Below are positions 12,727 through 25,580 of a DNA stretch of 64,000 nucleotides, in pieces (position 1 is the first letter of the stretch; each line of letters begins with the position of its first letter). The notes beneath the pieces were generated by a model, which was given only the letters and a program-made list of their open reading frames with translations, was not told where the DNA came from and ran no database searches. The translations under genes were made by a program, and so were the position numbers. Source of the stretch: Octopus vulgaris (taxonomy: Eukaryota); contig OX597814.1 in the NCBI GenBank assembly GCA_951406725.2, positions 200,570,001 to 200,634,000 on the forward strand, in the 5' to 3' direction.

Positions 12727-12889
12727 TAACAAAATAAGTCATGAACAGTTGAGTGGCAAATTAGCAATAGCTTAGTGAAAATATAATTTTGCAGAAGCCA
12801 AACTAGGCAACCAAAACAACTCAGTGACACAACACAAACGAGCAATATTATTAATGTGCTGAGAAAGAGTGCACTCATCTGGTTAACCG

Positions 12890-13295
12890 TGAGACTTGCT
12901 TTCCAAAGCTATCTTACCTGAACTCCCTCTCTCTTGGGTACCCAAGTATCCCCTCTATAGTAAGACAGCTATCTCTGTCCCTTTGTTATGCTCTAACCCC
13001 TCACCTGGCTCACAGCCACTTTCCTCAGTTCCACTCCCTCTCTCAGCTGAGAGGTCTTTGTCTTGCAAGCAACTTCGCAACCCTGCTTGTACCACAGAAA
13101 AAGCACCCATGCTGGTGCCATGTAAAAAACATCCAGTACACACTGTAAAATGGTTTGCATTAGAAAGGGCATCCAGCTGTAGAAACCAAGCCAAAACAAG
13201 AGGAGCCTGGTATAGCTCTCCAGTATGCCAGTTCTTGTCAAACCATCTAACCCATTCTAGCATGGAAAACAGACATTAAGTGATGATGATGATGA
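12890..13295 (+). mobile_element. Retroposon with pyrimidine-rich body and RTE-type tail
   Basis: ...GCATTAGAAAGGGCATCCAGCTGTAGAAACC...CATGGAAAACAGACATTAAG(TGA)n tail, homologous to 53560-53731. Confidence 0.7.
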
Positions 13296-14227
13296 GGAGG
13301 AGAGAAGCAGAAACTAGGTAAATAAATAAGTTTCTGCATGGGTAGAGGTTGTGTGAGGAAAACAAAAAATAAAATAAGAAAGTACTAAAAACCACACTGC
13401 CTTCTTTAATTTTGAGAGGACCTTCAACTCTCAGGCTTTGAAACCAGATTTGTTTTACCATTTTACAAAGTGTTAATAAGGTGTAATCTCATAATCAGTG
13501 AAACTGTATAGCATCCATGAGAATTCTTGCAAATCTTGCAAGTATAAGCCATGTATAAATTCACAGCATGGTAGATATGGCTTACAGCTGTCAGCAGCTG
13601 TTGACAATTTGACAAATGTTTTGCTTGTTTTCAATAATAATCAACTCAAATACTGGCTGGATTATTGTGGAAAGAAATGAGCTTAACTATGTTGATTTAA
13701 CACTGATAAACTACTCCAAGATGAAAATTTTCTATAATGATTTAATGATCTAATTCAGTATAGGACCTGAGCTATCTTCAGGATTTGTATTAAAGTTATA
13801 TATATCTGTGAGCTGCTTGTAATAAAATGCATAAGAGTGAGATTATAAGAAAAGAGATACTTCATTCATGATAGTTGTGTAGATTCAAACTGACAGTGAG
13901 TCAGTAAGAGTAATAATGTTGGTGAGTAAAGTTTGTAAAGTTCTGGTGGTTGAAGATATTCAATGGTTAATTTAACTCTTGGTAAGAAGCTGTTATTTTC
14001 ATAGCCTATCAAAGTGAGATTTGGTAATAAAGTCATGGGACCTAGAGAATCAAGTAGAAGCCAGTAGCTATAAATATACAGAACCTCACCTTTAAAAAAA
14101 AATGATAATAACCCAAACCCTCACTGCTTTCCAGAGTTATGAAAATATTTCATGTTCCCAGGTTTCGAAACTAGTCTTGTTCCGCCTCATCGAATTTTCC
14201 TCAAAGGCCTTGCTTATTTGATGACTA

Positions 14228-14395
14228 AAGCAAGAATAGTTGAGTGGCTAAAAAGTTTTCTTCTCAACCATGTGGTTCGTAGTTTAGTCCCACTGGGTGG
14301 CATTTTGGGCAAACATCTTCTATTATATACCTGAGACAACCAAAATTTTGAGAGTGGATTTGATGTACAAAAACTGAAAGAGCCCTATCACGTGT

Positions 14396-14449
<54 letters not shown>

Positions 14450-14622
14450 ATGCATATGGGGGTGGGTCTCCTTATCTGGATTCATGTGATGGTTGTAAAC
14501 AAGCAGTGCTGTTCATTTCCAGTCGTGGGGAAAATATTACCTTGGTTGGAATGAGATGCGGGCTGGTGACAGGAAGGCCATCTGATGCATGGAAGCATGG
14601 GCATTAAAATGATGATGATGAT
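14228..14622 (+). mobile_element. SINE family A variant with long (GT)n
   Basis: Degenerate tRNA head GTGGTTCGTAGTTTAGTCCCACTG, CORE-like segment, (GT)n at 14392-14447, (GAT)n tail. Confidence 0.7.
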
Positions 14623-14999
14623 TCACCAATTAGACTAATAACCTAAATGACAAACTAGTGAACAGGAACTTGTCTGCTGGCTATGCATCAACAGGAACTA
14701 TAATTCTTAGAATGGTTGAGAAGCCATGTACGTAAACACGTGTGTCTGTAATGGCATTTACATTAATCAGAGGCATTTGGAACTTTTACAGTTATTATAA
14801 TTGAAGAAAGATTCTATTCACTTTAATCAAAAAACAGAATGGGTTTTCTTGAATGCTTGAGTGATTCATAGGCAAGGTTGGACAATAATAGATGTTACTG
14901 AGATTAAGAGACCTAAGATTAATGGGTTTGCTAAATTTATTCATTAATTGTTAAGAACTCAATGCTCATAGACATAAAGTTACTAGATTTTGATTTAAT

Positions 15000-15405
15000 A
15001 GGTACAGGTGCAGTTGTGGTGTTAAGAAGTTTGCTTTCAAACCATATCGTTTTGGGTTCAATTCTACTATATGGTACCCTGGACAAGTGACTTTTAGTAT
15101 GACCCTGAGTCAACCAAAACCATGTGAGTAGAAATTGTTGGAAGCCTGTCATGCACACAATTGCATGCGTGTGTGTGAGTGTTTATATGTTTCTGTCTTA
15201 TCTTGACATTGCTTGATTGTTGCAAATGTCAGTCATTTCCAATATGCTGCATAAACCTGTCTGACCAGGAGGAAATATTATTTTATGTGGAAGCAGAAGT
15301 GGGGCTGGCAACAGGAAGGGAATGCAGTCAGAGAGAATCTGCCTCAATAAATATCATCCGATCCATGCAAGCACGGAAAAGTGGATGCTGAAAGGATCAT
15401 GATGA
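15000..15405 (+). mobile_element. SINE family A variant
   Basis: GGTACAGGTGCAGTTGTGGTGTTAAGAAGTTTGCTTTC head; tail CCATGCAAGCACGGAAAAGTGGATG. Confidence 0.7.
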
Positions 15406-16130
15406 GATTATTCTTAAAAGCTTTTCACTAAAGAAATGGTTTCCAGCTGAGAAACAGGTTTCTGTATGCAAAATTAAACAACTAGGTACAGTTAAATTCT
15501 GGGATGAGAGCAACAACAAATCTACAAAGGTGCGCGAGAGAGAGAGAGAGAGATTCCATGTTTTGTTGATTTAAAGGTTATGTCTAGCAGGTTTTAGTAG
15601 TTTCATTCTCAAGCAGAAATCAAAGTCTACGCATTAACTGCATCTTTACTAATTTTATAAAATGAAACTTTTCAAGAAATGGTGTTCAGTCACTTGGTTA
15701 GAGAAATGCCGATGCTATATTATGCATCATAAGAAGGTGAAGCTACGATACTTTCAAACTGCTACTAATAATGTTAGAAACGTCATTAACATTCATTCCT
15801 CAGAGCTGACAAGTGTCAAATCTGTATTGCCTGATTCTCTATCACTTTTGTGCTTGAAGAACACCATCAATATTTTGTTCCTGGATTTCACAATGTATTC
15901 TGTAAGTTGTGAAGTAGTGTAGTTGTTGCCTATCCAAATGAGTGTGCTACCTTTGTCATCTATTTTAGTGATCTGAAATCTTTCAGCAACTTATTCATGC
16001 ATTAGCTGACATACGGGAAGACTTCCTTCGCAAAATTCAATAATCTAACACTTTCTAACTGACCTGTATAATGATGTATGGTTATTCATTGAAAACTTTA
16101 CATGAAAGTTGTTTGAATATCTTACTATGA

Positions 16131-16281
16131 TAGGCATGGCAGAGTAGTTAAGAAACATGCTTTCCAAGAATGTGGTCTTAAGTTCAGTTCCAGTGAGCAG
16201 TACCTTAAGCAAGAGTCTTCTACTATAGCCCTGGGTCAACTAAAAACTTTTAGGTGGATTTGTAGATGTAAAGAAAAGAAG

Positions 16282-16317
<36 letters not shown>

Positions 16318-16575
16318 ACACACATGTATTTGTGTATGCTCCTATAATCTTAACATTATGGTATGGCTGTAAACAAGCATCACCTTCATACAAGTGATAA
16401 TCATTTACAGTCTCTCAAGAAAATCATGTCTGACCATAGGAAATATTACCTTGCTTGGAGAAAAGTAAGGTTTGGTGATAGGAAAGGCATCCAGCCATGG
16501 AAAAGTTGTCTCAACAAATTTCATCTGACTTATGCAAGCATGCAGAAGTGAAAACTTAACTATGATGGTAATAGT
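16131..16575 (+). mobile_element. SINE family A variant
   Basis: GGCATGGCAGAGTAGTTAAG head, GTCTTCTACTATAGCC, (GT)n, and GATAGGAAAGGCATCCAGCC tail. Confidence 0.7.
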
Positions 16576-16731
16576 GACACTAAGCATTAATTAATAAATT
16601 CTGTTGAAGTGACACCATGCAACACTTCAAATACTATGCCTTGTCTTCTTGGTTTCCAACTGTATTTTAAGATTATGAATAACGGATGTAAGAAAGTTTA
16701 AGTGAGAAAATGCTCACATCTTTTGAAATTA

Positions 16732-16893
16732 CCGTATTTTAATGTGTATAAGGAACTCCCAAGTTTTTGGAGCTTAAAATTTGGAAAAAAGGTTTTGTAA
16801 GGGATTATAGTACTGTCCATGTATAAGAAGCTCCCATATCTTTTAAAACTAATTTTTGACAAAAAAGGGCTCCTTATACATGTTAAAATATGG
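16732..16893. mobile_element. Tc1/mariner-pogo-type MITE
   Basis: TA|CCGTATTTTAATGTGTATAAGGA ... TCCTTATACATGTTAAAATATGG|TA: about 23-bp TIRs with a TA TSD. Confidence 0.8.
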
Positions 16894-19247
16894 TAAATGC
16901 CATAGGCAGTTACATCGTATTCTATAAACCAAGTATCGAACTAATAAAAGCAAAAAAAAAAAGTTGTTAGAAAGACTGAACCACAAAAATGAAAATGAAA
17001 AGTTATAGTCATGTAACACAACACCATGACTCCTAAACTGAGCGAGTCATGCATAGACCAACTCCCAGTAAAACAGAATTAGGAATATCAGGGTTGAGTA
17101 AAGAATAAACAAGGAGGTAGAAGAAGACGGAAGGAGAAATTTACCTTGTAGCTATCTTAGTACTTATAACTTCCATGGATTATGGAGTTGATTGATTGAG
17201 AAAGTGGAAGTGGTTGATATAGCTCTTTTAATCATAAACAGTTATTTGAAGACTTTTATGCCAATGACTCAGATTTCAACTAGCATCGATATTAGTATTA
17301 TCACAGCACAGCAAACAAATTACTTCTTATATATTTAGTGTTTGAAGAGAATTCCAGTTGTCATACTTGTTCTTTGATATGGTAACTTCTGGTGAGACAC
17401 ATTGTTACAAGTTTCACCAGATGATATGCTCTTGTCAGTCTTAAAGCACATGAGGCATTCATCACCAGATATTGAATAAATGCATAGGTCATTCACACAC
17501 ACACACACACATGTCATCAGATCGATTACTTGCTACTCCTTGTGTATCTTCAGTCACCTTGACAAACTTAGCTGCTTGATACAGAAATTCAGACTGCCTA
17601 AAATAAGGTAATTTGACTGAACCACTGTTTCATAGATGTGTTCATTCCTCTTTATACCTTCTGCTCTACTGAACTACTTAGCTGCACACTTGCTTCTTTC
17701 CAAGATCACTGAAGTACCTCATCAGTCTTGTACAGTTTCACTCTGCTGTCATCAAACTAAACATTTCCTTCCCATTATTGTCCCAGAATTACAACCCTCT
17801 GAAATTCATTCCCTGCTTCTGTTTCCTCTACAAACGTTTTCCTACAGATATTTCAACTGAACATCATCTGCAACAATCTCAACAGTTTGACAGAAGACAG
17901 ACATAGACATTGCTTTTCCTAAACTAGTTTTAAAAAAGTCTTTATTTTAAAGTTTTCCTATTCTGTACAATTTCTAAAACCATTCCAAATACATAGTCAC
18001 TAATGATATACATCTTAAGTTTAATGTTACAATAGTATTCAACTTTGATTTTATGTATGTATTTATGTATATTTGAGAAAAGCTATTACTGAACTTTGTA
18101 TGCCATTTCTATAGAATCTAAAATAATTTAGAAGTTAAATTAATATATAAAAATAGAATATTCCAAAGAATATATGGAAAAAAAATGTTAAAATATGTAA
18201 ATGATGAGACATAAGTTTTAGAGTTACAACATAAATCAGTTATTATATGTAAATTAAAAGTGAAGAAATTCTTGAAGAAAATTATATAAGAAATTTCAAA
18301 AAGAAGCAGAATCATTAGCTAACTATATGTGCTAGGGCAGTGAATTTCACGTAACCATTTAGAATATTAAATAAAATGCCTTTTGGTTATAATTCATGTC
18401 CAATCGATGCCATTTGTAGCTTTCATTCTTCCAAGGTCAATAAAATAAACTATCAGTCTAGTGTAGAGGTCAATATGTTTCCTACAAGCAAATTTCTGTC
18501 TTTGTGCCTTGGGTAAAATCATTATTTGAATGACATTACATTGAGGTTACATAAATTAGTAAAAGAGAAATGATGTTATATCAACACTAATAACTAATAT
18601 TGTAATTAGCTACAAAATTAATAACAAAATACAGCAAGCAATTTCTATAACCATCAGGTTGAACTTGTACAGGTTTGCCGTAGCCAATTACATCAGCTAA
18701 CATGATTCTGCATAGCATGCAGAAGATCAGCGATGTAACACCCTATGATTGTACAGAACTGACCAATGAAGGTTATTTTACTAAATACATGACCTACGTA
18801 TATCAATGTTAGAGTATCACCAAGCAGTTCTTGCTAGGCTCTTCACCAATGTTCTGCATAATGCATGCAACTCTCTTATGATATCAGAGGAATCAAAATG
18901 CAATACAGTCTTTGGTCAGACGTTCCCTCCCCCCTCCCAGAAGAGTGGCCTGTAGCCTGCAAGTGTAAGTACCATCAAGCTTTGGCTCCAAGTGTTTGGC
19001 AAGTGACCAAGCAGTGGACCTGTACAACAGCACTGATTACACAGTGGTACCAAAATGAAGCTTCTCTTAAGACCATCCAATAGTGATAACTTCCAGATGA
19101 AACTTAACCCATCAAGAATAACCGATGCATTCTTGAAAAATTTTAACAAACTTTTCTGTAGCTGTGATGTTACTGCCTAAACATAGAAAGGAATCTATAG
19201 ATTTTTAAAGTGTTTGTTTGATTGTAGCCCCACCTAAATGGGAGGAT

Positions 19248-19872
19248 ACATCATCATCATCAACATTTTAAGTCCGTTTTCCATGCTAGTGTGGGTTGGA
19301 CGGTTCGACCGGGGTCTGGGAAGACAGGAGGCTGCACTAGGCTCCAGTCTGATCTGGCAGTGTTTCTACAGCTGGATGCCCTTCCTAATGCCAACCACTC
19401 CATGAGTGTAGTGGGTGTTTTTTACATGCCATCAGCACAAGGGCCAGAGGAGGCTGGCAAATGGCCACGATCGGTTGGTGCTTTTACATGTCACCGACCT
19501 GGATGCCAGTCAGGCGGTACTTTTAACGTGTCACTGGCATGGGTATCTTCACTACAATTTCCATTTGATTTTCATTTTGATGTTGGTGTTGACGTACTTG
19601 ATTCAATAGTCTCCTCAAGAACAGCAGGTCACTCTACGATCCAAGGTTGGCACAGCAGGCCGTCCTGTGAGCCATGAACCCACTACATATGTCGGATCTT
19701 CACGGTCACAGCATATCTCAGGTCCCGGTCTTCATCATTTCCTCTGTGAGACCCTACGTGCCATCGGCACGGGTATCACAACTACAATATCCATACGATT
19801 TTTATTTTGATGTTGATGAACTTGACAGAATAGATCCTCAAGCGCAGCAGGCTGTCCTGCAAGCCATGAACT
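19248..19872 (-). mobile_element. RTE LINE 3' UTR fragment with internal duplication
   Basis: (CAT)n followed by the reverse complement of the RTE tail. Segment CGTGTCACTGGCATGGGTATC...GCCATGAAC (~19527-19679) is repeated at ~19757-19871. Confidence 0.8.
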
Positions 19873-20629
19873 AACCTTCAATCCACTTCAAAAGTGGATT
19901 TTTATTGCACACCTGTATAACAAAATTGAAGAAAGACATCATGGAATGCCTTTTTCCTTCAGAATACTGGTGGTATATTATATGTCCAGTCATCTTTCTG
20001 TTCTTGATCCTTTTCAATATATCTAAGGTAAAACCAAATTTGATATCAAGAGCATGCTTAACAGAAGTTTCTACAGTTTTGAGATGCTAGAGGATTACTG
20101 AGAAAAATCTGGAAATATTCCTTTCATTTGTTAAATTACTCCTGCAAAGTTGTAGCTTTAGGTTATTTGTACTTTTCCTGCCACTAATTTCATAGGAAAT
20201 ATGTGATAACTGAAAGGATTGGTTACTGATGTTGCTGCATGCAAAATGAAATCTATTTTGCTTTTAAGAAATTTCCGTTGTCCAGTTTCATAAATATTCA
20301 TAAGATTTTGCTCAGCATTTGAAATATTCGTTCTGGAAAATTTAGCTGACTTTAAATGAGCATTCGCTTCATCATTTTTATGACAAATATAGTAATATCA
20401 ATGAAGCCATATTATGATGATAACACTGACACTAACATTGCTGATGATAACATTGGACCTTGTCAATGTTTGCTTTAGTTTAATAAAAAATATGTTTGTG
20501 AATTTAAAGCAAAACCTCAGTGAAAAAGAAAAGTGTATGAAAAACAGTCACACTCATGTATGGCAATAAAATGTAACTGGAAATATAAAGAAGAGCATAA
20601 CATATCTATTTTTAAAATTAAAGTTATAT

Positions 20630-20980
20630 AGGAGCAGGTATTGCTGTGAGGTTAAGAGGCTCACTTTGTAACCATGTGATTTCGGGTTCAGTCCCACTGC
20701 ATAGAACCATTATAGCTTATGGCCAACAAATGCCTTGTGAGTGAATTTGGAACTCAGAAACTGTGTGGAATCATTTTATGTGTATGAGTATATGTCTGTG
20801 TTTGCCCTGCAACTGCTTGAAAATGAGTGCTGGTTTGTTAACATACCTGTAGCTTAGTGACTAGGCAAAAGAAATTAATAGAATAACTGTCAGACTTTAA
20901 AAATAACTAGGGTTAATTTGTTCAGCCAAACTTGAATGTGGTGCCCCAGCATGGATGTAGTCCAAAAATGACAGTAAAAG
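20630..20980 (+). mobile_element. SINE family A, older copy
   Basis: GGGTTCAGTCCCACTGC, GCCTTGTGAGTGAATTTGG and GGTGCCCCAGCATGG tail. Confidence 0.8.
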
Positions 20981-23457
20981 ATACATTGTCTCTTGCTTTA
21001 TCATTAACAGGTATAATCATTATTGTTGAATCCCAGGTGAATTCTGATCCAGCAGACCCATGATCCAGGCATTCTAGTCGGGACTCTCTTTGTAGAGAGT
21101 ATGCAACACTAAAATATCTAATATGCTCTTTCATTAAGTGATCAGAAGGAGATTTTGTATATTGAGTGGTTATGTAGAGGCTTTATAATCAAAATAAAAA
21201 TAAAATGCACTCAATGTGATGTTTATACTAAATAACAGATTAATAGTGTACAGTGCTTCTTCACACTTCTCAGTTCATTGCAAGTAAATTTTGAAAACAA
21301 GAGGGTACACTACTAAAATACGGCTAACTATAAATATTTAAACATACACCATTGTTCTACACTGCTCACAGTTTTAAATTATACCATTCGTCCTACTTAT
21401 TTAATATTAGGTAGTTCCAATCAATGATAAGTTAGTATCTTTGCCATCGATGCAACACAATGTTAGTGATGAGATACAATCTGAATTCTATCAGGTTTCT
21501 AGTACTCTATCAATGAGAGTATCAGATTATGATTTTGAATACATTTAGAAAGGAACTTAGGATTCATTCAAAGCAGTAATCTAACTAAATTCTTTGATAA
21601 AAAGATTTAATGTTCACTAGACATTTACAATATGAATTATTTACGATAGATTAACAATATAAAATAAATATGATAGATAATATGGTTTGATAATATTTCT
21701 TTTGATTTATCCAACTTAGATCTAACAATATTGCAAAAGCAAATCCCTTCATAGATAATCTATAGATAAAGTGAATTGGAATTAGTAAAAGAGACTTGAC
21801 TTTATTCAAATATAATCAATATCAAATCTTGGATCTTTCATCTCTGTATCACATAAGAGAATATTTTGAAGGCGTAGTTACACAGAGATAAGAATGTGAA
21901 ACAGTACAAATAGTGATACAAGGTTGTTTTGAATAGTGGGCTAAACTAACTTAAGTAACTGGTTGTGAAAGGTATATTACAAATGAAATAGGATCACAAT
22001 AAAGATATACTGGTTACATTAAATCTAAATATTTCAGATTTCTGAAGCAAGATGATTTAAAAATAGATAACAATTGCACTTATTGAAAATGTTTAATGCT
22101 GAACTTAATATCAAAATTTAAACACATGCTGTTCATGCCAACATGTAAAGACAAAGCACAATAGACTAGAAACAACCTTGAAAACATGAATATCTTTTAT
22201 GTGAATACTCCAGATATCTCAAGTTAGTTTATTTTTACACTAATGATGTATTTTATTCATTATTTCTAAACTTCAATATTTTAACAAGAGCAAAATATGT
22301 ATACAGTATTAATAATCATGTTCCTGTATAGTTTTAATAATCAAAATTTGAGAGTTACAAATTTTTACCACCATCAATATATTTATAGCAGTACCTATGA
22401 CATATAGGAGGTCTAAAAGAGATTTTTGAAAAGGGACAGAATCATGACTGAGGTTATACTCAGGACTATTGGATTGCTTACAATATAGTGAACTCCACTA
22501 AAAGCACCTTAAGACCAAAAAGTGGTGCTAAGCTTGCACCATGGATTAAGTTTATAACTCAAGACATTCTAACAGACTTCCATGCAGTTTTTGAATACTC
22601 AGTTGTATTGAAAAGACTTCAATTGACCAGAAGATATAGAAGAAACTTGTCAAAGTTTTGGACAATGAAAGGAAACTGGAATCTCATGATTGTAAAGGAA
22701 ACAATCCACACCTATAGCTGTGCTCATAGCCTACCTGAATCTTATATTTGAAATCCTTATATATCATCATCAAAAATTTCAATTTCTTGCCTTAAATCTC
22801 TCTGCAATAGTAGCTTCAACATCTCTTATTTCTCAGTTCTTTCAGAGATGAATATAATTCATGCTCTTCAATCAATCTCAGAATCACTTATTCCACTGTT
22901 TGAATGCCAACAAGTATATGATGGAAATATACTCTTACCACTATGAGTAGTAGTCATAGTAGTAAGTAAGGGGGCATGCACTGTAACAGTGTGTTGTTGC
23001 ATCCACTGTTTGTTGGTAGTGCCATACTCCTGGCAGATGACACCTTTACACCAATCAGGCAACAACCCTCTGACCCATGAGTCTGTTTGGGTATGCACTG
23101 TCGCTGAGGGCTTTATGAGATCAGAGTGTAAATCCTGCCTCAACCTCTTTTTGCCACCTTTTATGACATGCAGAGGAAACATCAAGTTTACTTTTTGACA
23201 TGATGGTCTCCACACAGCAAACAGTGAGCGATATTAGGTGATGTTGTATAATTACTTTTTTTCCATATATTTCCTGGTGCTTATAGAAAATAATGAAATT
23301 ACTACTAAGCTTCAATATTACAATATCATTAAAATTAAAACAAATTTCTCACATATTCAGATTAAAACGTTATCGATAACAATGCTGTTATTTAATTCCA
23401 TATAAGGTAGTTCTCGATTCTAACATGAACAAGCAACCAACAATGAGTATTAATATA

Positions 23458-23700
23458 GGTGAAGACACATGGTCTAGTGGTTAGAGTGTTGCAGTCATGA
23501 TCACAAGTTCTTGGTTTCGATTCCAAGGCTGGGCAACTTGTGCTCTTGAGCAAAACACTTTATTTCATACAGCTACAGTTCACTTGGCTGTAAATGAGTA
23601 ACTTTGCAATAGACTGACATCCCATTCAGGAGCAGTGCTGTGATCAGTTACCATGGAAACCAGGTAAATAACCCTATGAGCCCTACAACTTGAAAATGTA
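23458..23700 (+). mobile_element. tRNA-derived SINE, family C-like
   Basis: A box TGGTCTAGTGGTTAG, B box GGTTTCGATTCC, then CTTGAGCAAAACACTTTATTTCA. Confidence 0.65.
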
Positions 23701-23734
23701 ATATGATGATGGTATTCAATATACCTCCCTCAAT

Positions 23735-23951
23735 AAGGTGGCAAGCTGGCAGAAATGTTAGCATGCCAGGCAAAATGTTCAGTGGCATTTTGTTTGTCTC
23801 CATGTTCTGAGTTCAAAATTCTGCCAAGGTCGACTTTGCCTTTCAACCTTTGGGGTTGATAAATTAAATACTAGTTGCATACTGGGGTCGATCTAATCAA
23901 CTGGCCCACTCCCCAAAAATTTTGGGCCTTGTGCCTAGTGTAGAAAAGAAT
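23735..23951 (+). mobile_element. SINE family B, unit 1 of tandem pair
   Basis: AAGGTGGCAAGCTGGCAGAAA head, GGTCGACTTTGCCTTTCAACCTTTGGGGTTGATAAATTAA middle, GCCTTGTGCCTAGTGTAGAAAAGAAT end. Confidence 0.85.
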
Positions 23952-23962
23952 ATGGAAAAACC

Positions 23963-24179
23963 AAGGCGGTGAACTGGCAGAAACATTAGCATGCTGGGCG
24001 AAATACTTAGCGGTATTTTGTCTGTCTTTTTGTTCTGATTTCAAAATTCCGCCAAGGCCAACTTTGCCTGTCATCCTTTCGGGGTCAATAAATTAAGTAC
24101 AGTTGTGTACAGGGGTCGATCTAATCAACTGGCCCCCTCCCCAAAACTTTTGTGCCTTGTGCCTAGAGTAGAAAAGAAT
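23963..24179 (+). mobile_element. SINE family B, unit 2 of tandem pair
   Basis: Colinear homologue of 23735-23951 after an 11-bp spacer. Confidence 0.85.
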
Positions 24180-24519
24180 ATATCTCCCTCAATCCTCTCC
24201 TCTCTTTCTTTCTACTCACACATGTTAAAATCATTAACACAGATATCTTAACCTCTTTCCTTCTACTCATCATTTTTACTTTTTCACACCCATTTTTTTT
24301 TCCATAATGGCATGGTTTAGATGAGACTTCTTGAAGTGTTCTACAGCTAAACACCCTTCCTGGCAAAAAAGATTACTTACTATCAAATAAGGTCATATAT
24401 TCTACTGTTCTTCACATGTCAAAATGACACTTGTTTTCTATACTGGACATAACTGTCAATACTACCCAAGCATTGTCAAGAAGATACAGCAAAGTTCTTA
24501 AGGATACAGCCATGCCATG

Positions 24520-24845
24520 CCTGGTATGGCTCTGTGGTAAGAAGTTTTAGTTTCCAGTCACATTATTCCAAGTTCAGTTCCACTGCATGGCACTTGAGCA
24601 AGTGACTTCTATAGCCTTGGACCAACCAAAGCCTTGTGTGAAGATTTGGCAGACAGAAACTGAAAAAAGCTTGTCATGTGTATGTGTGTGCATGCTTGAT
24701 TGTCCCCCAACACTGTTTGACAATTGGTGTTGGTGTTTATGTCTCCTAACTTAGCAGTTCAGTAAAAAATACTGATAGAATAAGTATCAGGCTTAAAAAA
24801 TAAGCACTGTGGTCAATTTATTTGGCAAAAATTCTTCAAGGCAGT
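24520..24845 (+). mobile_element. SINE family A
   Basis: TGGCTCTGTGGTAAG, AGTTCAGTTCCACTGCATGGCAC, ACCAAAGCCTTGTG and GATAGAATAAGTA segments. Confidence 0.8.
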
Positions 24846-25544
24846 GAAGAATTTATATGTATCATCTACAAGAAAAACAAGCTTCATTTATTTCAACTGG
24901 AGCAAAATTTAGCTATATATGAAATTTGAATAGCTATGAAGATATTGTTAATGTTCTAGATATAGGCTTTAAATCAAATTCAGAAAGGTAGTTTGTTTCA
25001 GTGAATAACAGAGTTATTGGAACTAAAAGGTAGATTAGTTCCTATTGTTTATTGTTATCTGAAATACTTCTGAATGTAGATATATTTAACACCAAGGAAA
25101 TAAAACAGTAAATTCCAAAGAAAACATTCTCCATTATAAAATCTTCTTAGATTTAGTTAGCTTAAGGCAGAAATATTCAGCATATTAATTATGAGGTTAT
25201 AATTGAAGACCATGGCACTAATAAGGAAGTCCATATATGAGATTTTCATAATCAGTAATTGATTTTCAATTTCCCTCTCATATTCATTACTTCTTAGGAT
25301 TCTATAGAAATACGATACTTCAAAGAAAATACCAAAAATGCACAGTGGACAATCCAGGCACTTCATTTGAGATATAATCCAATTACTTTAATGTGGTATC
25401 ATTTGCCTTCAGCTCCTAATTGATTAATTTTCTGTTTAAATTCTTTAGTCAATTATTTTGGAAATATAATTTATTGGTTTTATTTACAAGAGAAATATTT
25501 TATATATTGATTTCTTTTGAAGATGAACTATACTGACTTTGTAT

Positions 25545-25580
<36 letters not shown>

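Noticed and set aside
14152-14200. Minus-strand TCGATGA...GGAAC/GTTTC-GAAACCTGG hammerhead-like string
   Set aside because: No UH cleavage site after stem III, no stem I and extra core changes; may be chance.
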